Positions 1 through 9,794 of a stretch of 64,000 bases of DNA are shown here, in pieces. The position numbers and the translations under genes were made by a program. Under the pieces are notes generated by a model that was not told the DNA's origin, did not search any database, and was given only the letters and a program-made list of their open reading frames with translations. Position 1 is the first letter of the stretch; every line of letters begins with the position of its first letter. The stretch lies in NCBI GenBank assembly GCA_903837135.1, contig CAILTK010000030.1:3599-67598 (forward strand). Direction: 5' to 3'. The DNA comes from an uncultured Caulobacterales bacterium. GTDB lineage: Bacteria; Pseudomonadota; Alphaproteobacteria; Caulobacterales; Caulobacteraceae.

Positions 1-823
1 CCTCGCCGGGCAGGATGCGCACCGTGTCGCCGGTGTTCACCCGGCCGGAGGCGATCAGGCCCGAGAAGCCGCGGAAATCGGCGTTCGGGCGGTTGACCCA
101 CTGCACCGGCAAGCGGAAGGGGCGGTCGGCGGTTTCCCGACCGGCGTCGACGGTCTCGAGGTGCTCCAGCAGGGACGGGCCGCCGTACCAGGGCGTATCG
201 GCGCTGGGGGCGATGACGTTGTCGCCCCTGAGGCCGGAGACGGGGATGGCGGCGATCTCCTCGAAGCCGAGCGCGCCGGCGAAGGCGGCGTAGTCCTCGA
301 CGATGCGGTCGAACACCCGCTGGTCGTAGCCGACCAGGTCGATCTTGTTGACCGCCAGCACCACGCGACGGATGCCGACCAGCGACACCAGGCGGGAGTG
401 CCGCCGCGTCTGCGTGAGCACGCCCTTGCGCGCATCGATCAGGATCACGGCCACATCGGCGGTGGAGGCGCCGGTGATCATGTTGCGGGTGTACTGCTCG
501 TGGCCGGGCGTGTCGGCGACGATGAACTTGCGCCGGGCGGTGGAGAAGAACCGGTAGGCGACGTCGATGGTGATGCCCTGTTCGCGCTCGGCCTGCAGGC
601 CGTCGACCAGTAGGGCGAAGTCGAGCTCCGCGCCCTGGGTGCCCACCGCCTTGCTGTCGGCGGCCAGGGTGTCGAGCTGGTCGTCGAGCAGGGATTTGGA
701 GTCGTACAGAAGCCGGCCGATCAGCGTCGACTTGCCGTCGTCCACCGATCCGCAGGTGATGAAGCGCAGGAGGCTCTTGCTCTCCAAATCCGGTTCGTCC
801 CACGCCCTCTGATCGCGCGCCAT
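1..823 (-). CDS. cysN: sulfate adenylyltransferase subunit 1 (CysN), N-terminal part; the gene runs off the window start
   Basis: Reverse translation from the ATG at 823-821 reads [39 protein letters not shown]...[12 protein letters not shown] (GTPase G1 and G3 motifs). The start overlaps the cysD stop (TGATG). Confidence 0.9.
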   Translation of the reverse strand, partial: MARDQRAWDEPDLESKSLLRFITCGSVDDGKSTLIGRLLYDSKSLLDDQLDTLAADSKAVGTQGAELDFALLVDGLQAEREQGITIDVAYRFFSTARRKFIVADTPGHEQYTRNMITGASTADVAVILIDARKGVLTQTRRHSRLVSLVGIRRVVLAVNKIDLVGYDQRVFDRIVEDYAAFAGALGFEEIAAIPVSGLRGDNVIAPSADTPWYGGPSLLEHLETVDAGRETADRPFRLPVQWVNRPNADFRGFSGLIASGRVNTGDTVRILPGE

Positions 824-1773
824 CAGAAGTAACCGTCCTGCTTCTTGGACTCCATGGTCGAACCGTCGCGGTCGATCACCCGGCCCTGCCGTTCCGAACT
901 GCGCGAGACCAGCATCTCGGCGATGATGGCGTCGAGCGTGGTCGCCTCGCTGTCCACTGCGCCCGTCAGGGGATAGCAGCCGAGGGTGCGGAAGCGGACC
1001 AGCCGCTCCTGAGGCGTTTCGCCGGCGGCCAGCGGCATCCGGTCGTCGTCGACCATGATCAGCGCCCCGTCGCGCTCCACGATCGGCCGCGGCTTGGCGA
1101 AGTAGAGCGAGGGGATGGGGATGGATTCCAGCTGGATGTAGCGCCAGACGTCGAGTTCGGTCCAGTTCGACAGCGGGAAGGCGCGCAGGCTTTCCCCCTT
1201 GTGGATGCGCGTGTTGTAGAGCCGCCAGAGCTCCGGCCGCTGCGCCTTGGGGTCCCAGCGGTGATCCTTGGTGCGGAAGGAGATGATCCGCTCCTTGGCC
1301 CGGCTCTTCTCCTCGTCGCGCCGCGCGCCGCCGAAGGCCGCGTCGAAGCCGTACTTGTCGAGCGCCTGTTTCAGCGCCTGGGTCTTCATCACCTCGGTGT
1401 GCACCGCCGAGCCGTGGGTGAAGGGGCCGACGCCGGCCGCAACCCCCTCATGGTTGGTGTGCACCAGGAGGTCCAGCCCCAGCCGCTTCGCCTCCGCGTC
1501 GCGAAAGGCGATCATTTCGCGAAACTTCCAGGTGGTGTCGACGTGCAGCAGCGGGAACGGCGGCTTGCCCGGATAGAAGGCCTTTATCGCCAGATGCAGC
1601 AGGACGGCGGAATCCTTGCCGATGGAATAGAGCAGGACCGGATTGGCGCGCTCGGCCGTCACCTCGCGCAGGATGTGGATGCTTTCGGCCTCGAGCCGGC
1701 GCAGATCCTCCGGCAGGCGGGGCCTGGTCGCCGCGGCGATACCGGACACGGGACCCGGGCGGTCCTCGGACAT
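823..1773 (-). CDS. cysD: sulfate adenylyltransferase subunit 2 (CysD)
   Basis: ORF 823..1845. Strong CysD/PAPS-reductase-like sequence ([37 protein letters not shown]). Start placed at the internal MSEDRPG; the upstream extension is unconserved-looking. Confidence 0.9.
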   Translation of the reverse strand: MSEDRPGPVSGIAAATRPRLPEDLRRLEAESIHILREVTAERANPVLLYSIGKDSAVLLHLAIKAFYPGKPPFPLLHVDTTWKFREMIAFRDAEAKRLGLDLLVHTNHEGVAAGVGPFTHGSAVHTEVMKTQALKQALDKYGFDAAFGGARRDEEKSRAKERIISFRTKDHRWDPKAQRPELWRLYNTRIHKGESLRAFPLSNWTELDVWRYIQLESIPIPSLYFAKPRPIVERDGALIMVDDDRMPLAAGETPQERLVRFRTLGCYPLTGAVDSEATTLDAIIAEMLVSRSSERQGRVIDRDGSTMESKKQDGYF

Positions 1774-1924
1774 GACTGAACCTCGAACGCCCGCGAGGGC
1801 GCGGGCAGAGCGCATTAAACTAGGGTCGGTGTGAACGCGCGGCAAATCCTCTCGCGGGGGGATCAGAGAAGCTAAAGGCGATAGCGTCCGCCCCGTACCT
1901 CGACGGGCTCAGGTCGCGGCCGAT

Positions 1925-2761
1925 TCAGGGCCGCCCGCCGAGGGCGCCGTCTCGCATGAACGGCTCCAGGGACGGCGGATCGAAGTCGCCGACGGCGAGG
2001 AAGCCCGGGTTGAAGAAGTCGGGTTTGCCATAGCGCAGAGGGGAGCCGTCGGGGGCCAGCACCCGTCCGCCCGCGGCGGCGAGCACGGCGTGGCCGGCGG
2101 CGGTGTCCCACTCCATGGTCGGCGACGGGCGGGGATAGACGTCGGCCTCGCCCGAGGCCAAAAGGCCGAACTTCAGCGACGAGCCGATGTTCACCCGCCC
2201 GCCGTCGCCGAGCGTATCGAGATAGGCGGCCAGCTCCGGGGTCACGTGCGAGCGCGAGGCGACCGCGATCGGCGGGGTCCGGCCGCGATGGATGGCCAGC
2301 GGGCGCCGCTCGCCCGCATCGCCGTCCCGCCGCCAGGCGACCCCCTGGGTCACGTCCCCGGCGAACATCCGCAAGAGGCGCGGCGCATAGACCACGCCCA
2401 TGGTCGGCGTCCCGTGTTCGATCAGGCCGATGTTGACGGTGAAGTCGTCGCCGCGACGAACGAACTCGCGCGTGCCGTCGAGCGCGTCGACGAGGAAGAA
2501 CCGTTCGCCCACCGCGGGGATCCGGCCCATCGAGGCCTCCTCCTCGGCCACTACCGGAACGTCGGGCGAAAGCCGGGCGAGCGCCTGCAGGATCACCGCC
2601 TCGGCGGCGCGGTCGGCGGCGGTGACGGGCGACAGATCCGCCTTCTGCTCCACCGCGAATCCGGCTTCGAAGATGGCGTTGATCTCCACCGCCGCGGCCA
2701 GGGCGGCCTCGGCGAGCCCCTCGAGCAGGCGGCGGCGATCATCGGGGTTTGCGAGCGACAT
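1925..2761 (-). CDS. cysQ: 3'(2'),5'-bisphosphate nucleotidase (inositol monophosphatase family)
   Basis: ORF 1925..2935. IMPase-family motifs (EEE, LVDALDGT, WDTAAGHAVL). Start placed at MSLANPDD (cat at 2759-2761). Adjacent to cysDN. Confidence 0.8.
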   Translation of the reverse strand: MSLANPDDRRRLLEGLAEAALAAAVEINAIFEAGFAVEQKADLSPVTAADRAAEAVILQALARLSPDVPVVAEEEASMGRIPAVGERFFLVDALDGTREFVRRGDDFTVNIGLIEHGTPTMGVVYAPRLLRMFAGDVTQGVAWRRDGDAGERRPLAIHRGRTPPIAVASRSHVTPELAAYLDTLGDGGRVNIGSSLKFGLLASGEADVYPRPSPTMEWDTAAGHAVLAAAGGRVLAPDGSPLRYGKPDFFNPGFLAVGDFDPPSLEPFMRDGALGGRP

Positions 2762-2927
2762 GGTTTGGCTTTGACGCGAGCCGGGTCCGGGCGCAAGCGG
2801 CCAGGGCGGGCCGGGGTTGGACAAGGTCGCTTGCCGTCTTCGCGCGCAGGGCCTAGATCGCCGCAACGTTGATCGCCTGTGATGTGTTACACAGGCGAGC
2901 CCCTCCGGAGCCGTTCTCGCCTCGCGC

Positions 2928-3908
2928 ATGGCCAATCCTCGTCACTACCTCGATTTTGAGCGTCCGATCGCGGACCTCGAAGCCAAGATCGAAGAGCTGT
3001 CCAAGCTCTCAGCGGCGACCGAACCGCAGGCGGACGGCGCCGGCGCCTTCGACAGCGAGATCGCCGCCCTTCGCAAGCGTGTGGAGGCGGTGCGGGCCGA
3101 GACCTACGCCGGGCTCGACGCCTGGCGCAAGGTGCAGGTGGCGCGCCATCCCGAGCGCCCGCATTTCGTCGACTATGTCGACGGCCTGATCACCGACTGG
3201 GTCGAACTCAAGGGCGACCGGGCGTTCGGCGACGACCAGGCGCTGATCGGCGGTCTCGGCCGGTTCCGCGGCCAGCCCGTCATGGTGATCGGCAACGAAA
3301 AGGGCCGCGACACCGCCAGCCGCATCAAGCACAACTTCGGCATGGGCCGGCCCGAGGGCTATCGCAAGGCGGTGCGGCTGATGGATCTGGCCGACCGGTT
3401 CGACCTGCCGGTGCTGAGCTTCGTCGACACCGCCGGGGCCTTTCCGGGCAAGGAGGGCGAGGAGCGCGGCCAGGGCGAGGCCATCGCCCGCTCCACCGAG
3501 CGCTGCCTGACCCTGGGCACGCCCATGATCGCCACCATCACCGGCGAGGGCGGTTCGGGCGGGGCCCTGGCCATCGCGGCGGCCAACACGGTGCTGATCC
3601 TCGAGCACTCGACCTATTCGGTGATCTCGCCCGAGCCCGGGTCGGCCATTCTGTTCCGGGACCGGGCCCAGGCGCCGCACATGGCCAATGCGATGAAGAT
3701 CTCGCCCGAAGACCTGCTGCGCTTCGGCATCGTCGACCGCATCGTGCCCGAACCCGCCGGCGGCGCCCACTCCGACCCCCAGGCGACCATAAGGGCCGTG
3801 GGCGACGCCATCGAGCGCGACCTCAAGCCGCTGCTGAAGCTGTCGCCGGACCAGCTCAGGCGCCAGCGCGCCGACCGCTTCTACGCCATCGGCAGCGTCG
3901 GCCAGTGA
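2928..3908 (+). CDS. accA: acetyl-CoA carboxylase carboxyltransferase subunit alpha
   Basis: 326-aa ORF; MANPRHYLDFERPIADLEAKIEEL... and FVDTAGAFPGKEGEERGQGEAIA are classic AccA sequence. Confidence 0.93.
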   Translation: MANPRHYLDFERPIADLEAKIEELSKLSAATEPQADGAGAFDSEIAALRKRVEAVRAETYAGLDAWRKVQVARHPERPHFVDYVDGLITDWVELKGDRAFGDDQALIGGLGRFRGQPVMVIGNEKGRDTASRIKHNFGMGRPEGYRKAVRLMDLADRFDLPVLSFVDTAGAFPGKEGEERGQGEAIARSTERCLTLGTPMIATITGEGGSGGALAIAAANTVLILEHSTYSVISPEPGSAILFRDRAQAPHMANAMKISPEDLLRFGIVDRIVPEPAGGAHSDPQATIRAVGDAIERDLKPLLKLSPDQLRRQRADRFYAIGSVGQ

Positions 3909-4438
3909 AGGGGGCGCTGATCGTCGCCGCCCTGGCCTTCGCCGCCGGGTCGGCCTGGAGCGCGCCGGGCCAGGGGCCGCCGCCGGCGGGATCGCCCCAC
4001 TTCGCCTTCCAGTCGGGCGGCCCCGCCGCCCCGCCGCCGATCAGGCCGGCCGAACGGCAGGCCGCCGCGCCGCCCAAGCCGCAAACCCCGACCGACCCGA
4101 TCGTGGCCCGCTACAGCCCGGTGTACGAGGGCTGCATGCGCAAGGCGGCCTCCACGCTCGACATGATCGACTGCGCCGGGCGCGAGAACGATCGCTGGGA
4201 CGCACGGCTCAACCGGGCCTACCAGGCGCGGATGAGCAGCTTCAACGACCGCCAGCGCGGGGCGCTGAAGCGGGCGCAGAAGGCCTGGCTTCTGTTCCGC
4301 GACGCCGACTGCGCCGCCTACGAGGACGACGACTGGGGGTCCATCTCCAAGATCGACGCCTCGCAGTGCGTCCTGCGCCGCACGGTGGAGCGCACCATCG
4401 AGCTGGAGGCCTTCCCCGCCGATCACGGCCCGGGGTAG
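3905..4438 (+). CDS. secreted DUF1311 / LprI-family (lysozyme-inhibitor-like) protein
   Basis: Signal peptide MKGALIVAALAFAAGSAWSA. C-terminal Cys-containing pattern (MIDCAGRE..WDARLNRAY..LKRAQKAWLLFRDADC) typical of DUF1311. GTG start overlaps the accA stop. Confidence 0.7.
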   Translation: MKGALIVAALAFAAGSAWSAPGQGPPPAGSPHFAFQSGGPAAPPPIRPAERQAAAPPKPQTPTDPIVARYSPVYEGCMRKAASTLDMIDCAGRENDRWDARLNRAYQARMSSFNDRQRGALKRAQKAWLLFRDADCAAYEDDDWGSISKIDASQCVLRRTVERTIELEAFPADHGPG

Positions 4439-5607
4439 GCGATCGTGAAGCCCAGGCCCGCCCGCTCCGACAGGCGGGACACGAGGCCCAGTCCGAGGGC
4501 GGCGCCGGGCGTCCAAAGTCCGCCGGGGACGTCGGCGGCCTCGAGCAGACAGATCGCCGACTCGACGATGATCTTGGAGGTGGACCCGTATCCGGGATCG
4601 CGGTCCCCGGTCACCACGGCGTGGAGCCTCGGCCCCTCGCTGTCATGGCCGATGAACAGGATGTCGTAACCGCCGGCCTCGCGCTCCTCCCGGCTTGGAC
4701 CCTGGCCAGGCTCGAGGTCGTCTTCGCCGCCGATGAGGCCGGGGCGCGCCGCGATCGCGCGCGCCGCGGCTTCGCCGGTGTCGCCGGGGCCGGTGACCAG
4801 CATCTCGTCGTAGACGAAATCGGTCCCGTACGCGTGGCCCTGCAAGGCGTTGGAGCGATGGACGTTGCGGGTGTTGATGGGCGCCATGACGAAGGGCGCG
4901 GTCCAGGCTTCGAGGTCGGGGTCATAAGCCGGGGCCATGCCCGACGGCTGGGCGGGCCCCGTGAAACCCGGCGTCAGGCAAAAGGGGTCGCGCAGCAGGC
5001 TGAGGACGCCTGGATCGCGCGCGGCGGCGGCGGTGGCGCGGCCGCTCGCGGCGGTGCCCCCCGAAAATCCCCCACGCATGACGCGCACCCGCCCCTTGAC
5101 CCTCGGCAGCACCCGGCCGAAGCGCGCCCGGGCGGCCGATTGAAGGTAGAGCACCCCGAGTTCGAACGGGATGGAGTCGAACCCGCACGAAAACAGGATG
5201 CGCGCGCCCGAAGCCCGCGCCTGCGCCTCGTGCGCATCGATCATGGCCCGCATCCAGGCGGTCTCTCCACTGAGGTCGAGGTAGTCGGTCCCGCCGGCGG
5301 CGCAGGCGGCCACGAGCGTGCTGCCGTAGAGCTGGAACGGGCCGACGGTGGTGATGACGGCCCGGGTCCGGGCGGCGAGGGCGTCCAGCGCCACAGGGTC
5401 GTCCGCCCCGGCGACGATCAGCGGCGTGTCGGGCGGGGCGCCGATCTCGTCGCGCACGGCGGCCAGCTTGTCGCCGCTGCGGCCCGCCATCGCCCAGGAA
5501 AGTCCCGAGCCGGGGCCGTAGCGACGCGCCAGGTGTTCGGCCACGAGCCGGCCCGTGAAGCCGCTCGCCCCGTACACCACCAGATCAAAGTCGGCCGAGG
5601 TCTTCAT
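4423..5607 (-). CDS. saccharopine dehydrogenase NADP-binding domain family protein
   Basis: 394-aa ORF. N-terminal Rossmann motif DLVVYGASGFTGRLVAEHL and overall family resemblance. Confidence 0.8.
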   Translation of the reverse strand: MKTSADFDLVVYGASGFTGRLVAEHLARRYGPGSGLSWAMAGRSGDKLAAVRDEIGAPPDTPLIVAGADDPVALDALAARTRAVITTVGPFQLYGSTLVAACAAGGTDYLDLSGETAWMRAMIDAHEAQARASGARILFSCGFDSIPFELGVLYLQSAARARFGRVLPRVKGRVRVMRGGFSGGTAASGRATAAAARDPGVLSLLRDPFCLTPGFTGPAQPSGMAPAYDPDLEAWTAPFVMAPINTRNVHRSNALQGHAYGTDFVYDEMLVTGPGDTGEAAARAIAARPGLIGGEDDLEPGQGPSREEREAGGYDILFIGHDSEGPRLHAVVTGDRDPGYGSTSKIIVESAICLLEAADVPGGLWTPGAALGLGLVSRLSERAGLGFTIAYPGP

Positions 5608-5635
5608 CTGAGGGGTGAGCCAGCCGTTCGCGCGT

Positions 5636-7978
5636 CTACTGGTACAGATAGCGGAGGGAGACGCCGAAGATCCGCGGGCGCTCCTGGTAGCGGAAGTAGT
5701 CGTCGATGGTGCGAAACACCGTGTCCCAATGCAGGGTGTCGAAGGCGTTGCTCACCCACAGGCTGGCGCGCCAGCGACCGGTCGGCGACTGCACGCCGAC
5801 GCGGAAGTCGACGATCGCATAGGGGTTGATCCGGAACAGGTCGGCGGGAACCGCGGCTGTCCGCAGGCTGGAATTGTCGGCGCTGTGATAGGTGAGGTCT
5901 CCGCCGACGAACGCCTGCAGGTTCGGGCCGATATCCCGGTCGTATTCGACGTCGCCGACGATCTGCACCTTCGGCGTGAACGGCAGGTTCGACCCCTTGG
6001 CGTTGATCAGCACACCATCGGAATTGAAGGTGGTGAAAGCCTTGGTGACGTCCGAGTCGAGATAGGTCGCGCCGAGCGAGATCGACAGGCCCCGGATCGG
6101 CCGGGCCAGCGCCTCCAGCTCGAGGCCGGTGATGCTGGATTTCGGGACGTTGATCTCGGTCTCGAGCTTGCCGAACACCGGGTCCAGGACCGTGCCGCGT
6201 ATCTGCTTGTTCGTGTAGTCGTAGTAGAAGGCGGCCGCGTTCAGCTGCAGGCGGCGGTCGAACAGCGGCGCCTTCACGCCCACTTCGTAGGCGTCAAGCT
6301 GCTCCTGGGTCGCCGGATTGTATTGCGCGGTGCGGGAGGCGGCCACGTTGGGAAAGATGCCGTTCTTGAAGCCGCGACTGATGGTGGCGTAGAGCAGCGT
6401 CCCGCCCGCCAGCTTGTAATCGGCGCCGACGCGCCAGGACACATTGCTCTGGTTCAGCCGCAGGTTCGCCGCGGCCGGGTTGAAGTTGGCGTCGAGGCTG
6501 GCGCACTGCCCGGTTGCGATCGGAATCGCCGATCCCTTCACGGCGTACTGGAGCGCTTCGAACAGGGGGCCGATGCCGTCGCCCGGGACCGGGTCCGAGC
6601 TGCAGCCGACGCCTTTCATCAGGTCGGTCGTGTAGCGGACGCCGCCTCGCACGGTGAAGCGATCGGTCAGCCGGTATTCGGCGTTGCCGAACGCGGCATA
6701 GGCGTCGCTGTTCTGGGTCAGTTCCGTATTGATGTCGCTATAGGGCTGGATCGAGGGGATCGGCTGCCGGTTCGAGACGATGATCTGATCGTAATTGAGG
6801 TTCTCGTCCGCGCGGACATGCTCATAGCTGAGACCGGTCAGCCAGTTGAGGCCGCCGTGCTGGCCGGCGAGGCGGAGCTCTTCATTGTACGAGGTCACGT
6901 AGCCGTGGGAGGAGATGTTCTGGTAGGGCAGCGGCGTCCCCGAGAACGGCAGGTGCTGGTTCATCCCGGCGTGCTGGTAGGCGCTGATGGACGTGAGCTT
7001 GATCTCGTCCGTCAGCCGGTAGTCCGCGCGCACGGCGGCCTGGTAGAAGGTGTTGTTCTGGCGCGGGTAGCCGGCCGGCCAGTCGGCGTCGCGCGTCCCG
7101 CTGGCGGGCTTTGAGCTGGTGAACCCGGGCGCGACCAGCGGCGGGTCGAAGGGGGCGGTCTTCACCAGCGACGGGGCGAGCGGATCGGACGCATCCACAT
7201 AGCCGTTCAGGTTGACCTCGACCTTCAGGCGATCGATGGGATGGTAGTCGAGCAGGAGACGCCCCTCGACGAGGTCGGCGTCGCCGAGGGTGTCTCCCCG
7301 CGACGTGCTTTTCTGCCAGGCGCCGCCCTGATCCACGCGCACCGCCAGCCGGGCGCCCAGGGTGTCCGTCAGAGGCCCGCTGACGAAGCCCTCGATATCC
7401 GCCTCGCCGTATTCGGAGCCCGAGCCGAAGAAGCCGGCCTTGTACGTGCTTGTCGGCTTGGCCGCGATATAGTTGACCGCGCCGCCCGTGGAGCTCTCGC
7501 CGAACAGGGTTCCCTGCGGTCCCTTCAGCACCTCGACCCGCTCGACGTCCAGCCCCGCCGCCTTGGCCATGACGGGGTAGGCGAGGGGCACCTCGTCCAC
7601 ATAGACGCTCACCGAGGGCGCGGCGGCGTAGCCGGAGTCGTAGAGCCCGACGCCGCGCAAGGTGTAGACGGGTGTCGCATAGGGCGAGGGCGTGAAGGTG
7701 AAGCCGGGCACGATCTTGGTGAGATCCTGTGGCCCGCGGACGCCCTGGTTCTGGAGCTGAGCCCCGCCCACCGCCTGGACGGACAGACCGACGGAATTGA
7801 TCGACTGCTCGCGCTTCTGCGCCGTGACGACGATCTCGCTCACACTGGCCTGCGCGCCGGCGCCGGGCGCGCCCGCCGCCGCCGAAGACGTCTCCTGCGC
7901 GAAGCCGCTGGAGGCGATCGACGCCTGCAGGAGCGCCGCCATGGACGCGGCCGAAAAAAGTCGCAGACCCGTTTTCAT
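5636..7978 (-). CDS. TonB-dependent receptor
   Basis: 780-aa ORF with a signal peptide, a plug region (IVVTAQKREQSINSVGLSV, VEVLKGPQGTLFGESSTGGAVN) and a C-terminal beta-barrel ending in an aromatic residue. Confidence 0.9.
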   Translation of the reverse strand: MKTGLRLFSAASMAALLQASIASSGFAQETSSAAAGAPGAGAQASVSEIVVTAQKREQSINSVGLSVQAVGGAQLQNQGVRGPQDLTKIVPGFTFTPSPYATPVYTLRGVGLYDSGYAAAPSVSVYVDEVPLAYPVMAKAAGLDVERVEVLKGPQGTLFGESSTGGAVNYIAAKPTSTYKAGFFGSGSEYGEADIEGFVSGPLTDTLGARLAVRVDQGGAWQKSTSRGDTLGDADLVEGRLLLDYHPIDRLKVEVNLNGYVDASDPLAPSLVKTAPFDPPLVAPGFTSSKPASGTRDADWPAGYPRQNNTFYQAAVRADYRLTDEIKLTSISAYQHAGMNQHLPFSGTPLPYQNISSHGYVTSYNEELRLAGQHGGLNWLTGLSYEHVRADENLNYDQIIVSNRQPIPSIQPYSDINTELTQNSDAYAAFGNAEYRLTDRFTVRGGVRYTTDLMKGVGCSSDPVPGDGIGPLFEALQYAVKGSAIPIATGQCASLDANFNPAAANLRLNQSNVSWRVGADYKLAGGTLLYATISRGFKNGIFPNVAASRTAQYNPATQEQLDAYEVGVKAPLFDRRLQLNAAAFYYDYTNKQIRGTVLDPVFGKLETEINVPKSSITGLELEALARPIRGLSISLGATYLDSDVTKAFTTFNSDGVLINAKGSNLPFTPKVQIVGDVEYDRDIGPNLQAFVGGDLTYHSADNSSLRTAAVPADLFRINPYAIVDFRVGVQSPTGRWRASLWVSNAFDTLHWDTVFRTIDDYFRYQERPRIFGVSLRYLYQ

Positions 7979-8235
7979 CTTTCCCCCCGCCGCGCGAACT
8001 TCCCAAACAAGATCAGGGTGTTCGCTGCTTTCCGCTTACTGTTGCGAGGATGCTAGGGCGACGAGCTCAGGTCGGCTACGAAGCTTGCTGTACAGTTTTG
8101 CATCGCCTCCGGACGGAGCGTCGCAGGCCTGAGAGACAGGAGGCGATCAGGACGCGCCGCGACGACGGAGCGGGGCGGTGAAGGGTTCGGGCGATTTCTG
8201 TCGAGCCGCCGCCGTAGTTGGCGTTCTGTTTCGCC

Positions 8236-9600
8236 TCATGCTCCAGAGGGCGAGATCGTCCCGCGTCTTGGCTTGAGGCCGTACAGGAACAGGGCCGCGT
8301 GATTGTCGGCGATTTCGCCGCCGGCGTACGCGCCGGTCAGGCGCGACCAGGCCGGAATCTGGTTGCGAAGCCCGGCCCCGATCTCCTGGATGAAGTGGGT
8401 GTCGAGGGGCCGGAAGGTTCCGCTGCCGACGGCGTCGACGTAGCGGGCTTCGTTGCGCGCGCTCAGGGCGCGGTTCATGGCCGCAAAGCCGGCCAACTGT
8501 TCCGACGAAAGATACGGCACGTTGTGGAAGCCGATCTTCGGGCCATGCGGTGAGGCGTGCACCACGGTGATCAGGTGCAGCAGATAGGTCTCCGTGGTGA
8601 GGGCTCGCCGGATCGGGTCGTCGATCCCCGCCGTGCTGTGCAGCAGAAACTCCAGCCCCAGGGTCTCGACCCGGACGGCGCGCTCCAGGCACAGGTAGAG
8701 CAGCTCGGTCTTGTCGTGGGCGTGGTAATAATAGGCGCTGCGCGATACGCCGGCGTCCTTGGCGATCTGCTCGAGCGACGAGCCGACCACGCCGCGCAGA
8801 TTGAAGCTTTCGGTGGCGATCCTCAGCAGCCGGTCCCGCTTCGCCGCCCGCCGGTCGGGCGCTTCGAGCGCCCGCAACAGCGGTTCGAAGTCAGGCGGCG
8901 CCGGCGGCGGACCTTCCGGGACGTCGCGTCGCAGAACGCCGTGGGTGAGGACGTCGTCGATGGCGTCCGCCGCGTCCTGACGCGTGTAGTAGCTGTTTTC
9001 CGAATACCAGAAAGGCATCCAGTCCAGCACCGAGAAGATCGCCAGGCTCGTCAACAACGGGTCGCGGGGCGAGATGCTGTTGTCCGCATGTCCCTGTTCG
9101 ATCAGGGCCCGCAGGCGCTCGACGTTGCGCGCGCGGCCGAGATGGACGGCCTCGCGGTGCGCCTTGGGCAGGGCGTCGATATCCGAGAAGGTGATCATTC
9201 TCGGCTCGCCCGGCTTGAGCCGCCCGCGCACGAAACGCCGCACGCACTCCAGGCCGTCGAGCCCGGGCTCACGCGCCCGCTCGATTTCGCGGCTATAGAG
9301 AGCCAGGCCTCGCGTGAAACACTCGAACACGAGCGCCTCCTTGCTGCCGAAGTGGTGATGGAGCGCGCCCGCGGTCAGCCCGACCTCTGCGGCGATCGCT
9401 TCCAGCGTGACCGCCGCGAAGCTGTGGCGATTGAACAGCCGTGTGGACGCCGCGAGCAGGGCTTCGCGCCGGTTGCGAGGGCTCGGGTGGGTCCCGTTGT
9501 CGGGAGGATCGGCCAGTTCGGGCGCCCTTTCGTCCTGGAGCGGATGCTCCGGACAAAAGTGTACGCCATGCGTAGGTTCAGCACCAAGGCTGGCTCCCAT
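8236..9600 (-). CDS. TetR-family regulator with two tandem TetR units in one polypeptide
   Basis: 454-aa ORF with two HTH regions (AVTLEAIAAEVGLTAGALHHHFGSKEAL and SSLEQIAKDAGVSRSAYYYHAHDKTEL), each followed by a ligand-domain-sized segment. Confidence 0.75.
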   Translation of the reverse strand: MGASLGAEPTHGVHFCPEHPLQDERAPELADPPDNGTHPSPRNRREALLAASTRLFNRHSFAAVTLEAIAAEVGLTAGALHHHFGSKEALVFECFTRGLALYSREIERAREPGLDGLECVRRFVRGRLKPGEPRMITFSDIDALPKAHREAVHLGRARNVERLRALIEQGHADNSISPRDPLLTSLAIFSVLDWMPFWYSENSYYTRQDAADAIDDVLTHGVLRRDVPEGPPPAPPDFEPLLRALEAPDRRAAKRDRLLRIATESFNLRGVVGSSLEQIAKDAGVSRSAYYYHAHDKTELLYLCLERAVRVETLGLEFLLHSTAGIDDPIRRALTTETYLLHLITVVHASPHGPKIGFHNVPYLSSEQLAGFAAMNRALSARNEARYVDAVGSGTFRPLDTHFIQEIGAGLRNQIPAWSRLTGAYAGGEIADNHAALFLYGLKPRRGTISPSGA

Positions 9601-9794
9601 GGTTTGTCGGAGCTCAGTATTTTTTTGGACAGCTCTCTATGCGGCCGGCGGTCAGCAGCCGTGTTACCAACGCCTAACCGCGGCCTTCGCCACCCGAAAG
9701 GGTGCGAGGCGGAGCCGGCGCCGCGTCAGCGCGACCCGGCGATCCCGCCCCAGAAGGCCCAAAAGCCGGAAGGCGCATAAGGAGGAGTCCCCAC

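Noticed and set aside
5615-7114. 499-aa plus-strand ORF antisense to the TonB-dependent receptor. The same situation applies to 22486..23886, 23965..25734, 26412..27911, 31198..33729, 35572..37857, 59398..61422 and 62007..63998.
   Set aside because: The products are Arg/Gly/Ala/Pro/Asp-rich with no recognisable motifs, and each lies opposite a gene with strong family signatures. Long stop-free antisense frames are expected at this GC content.
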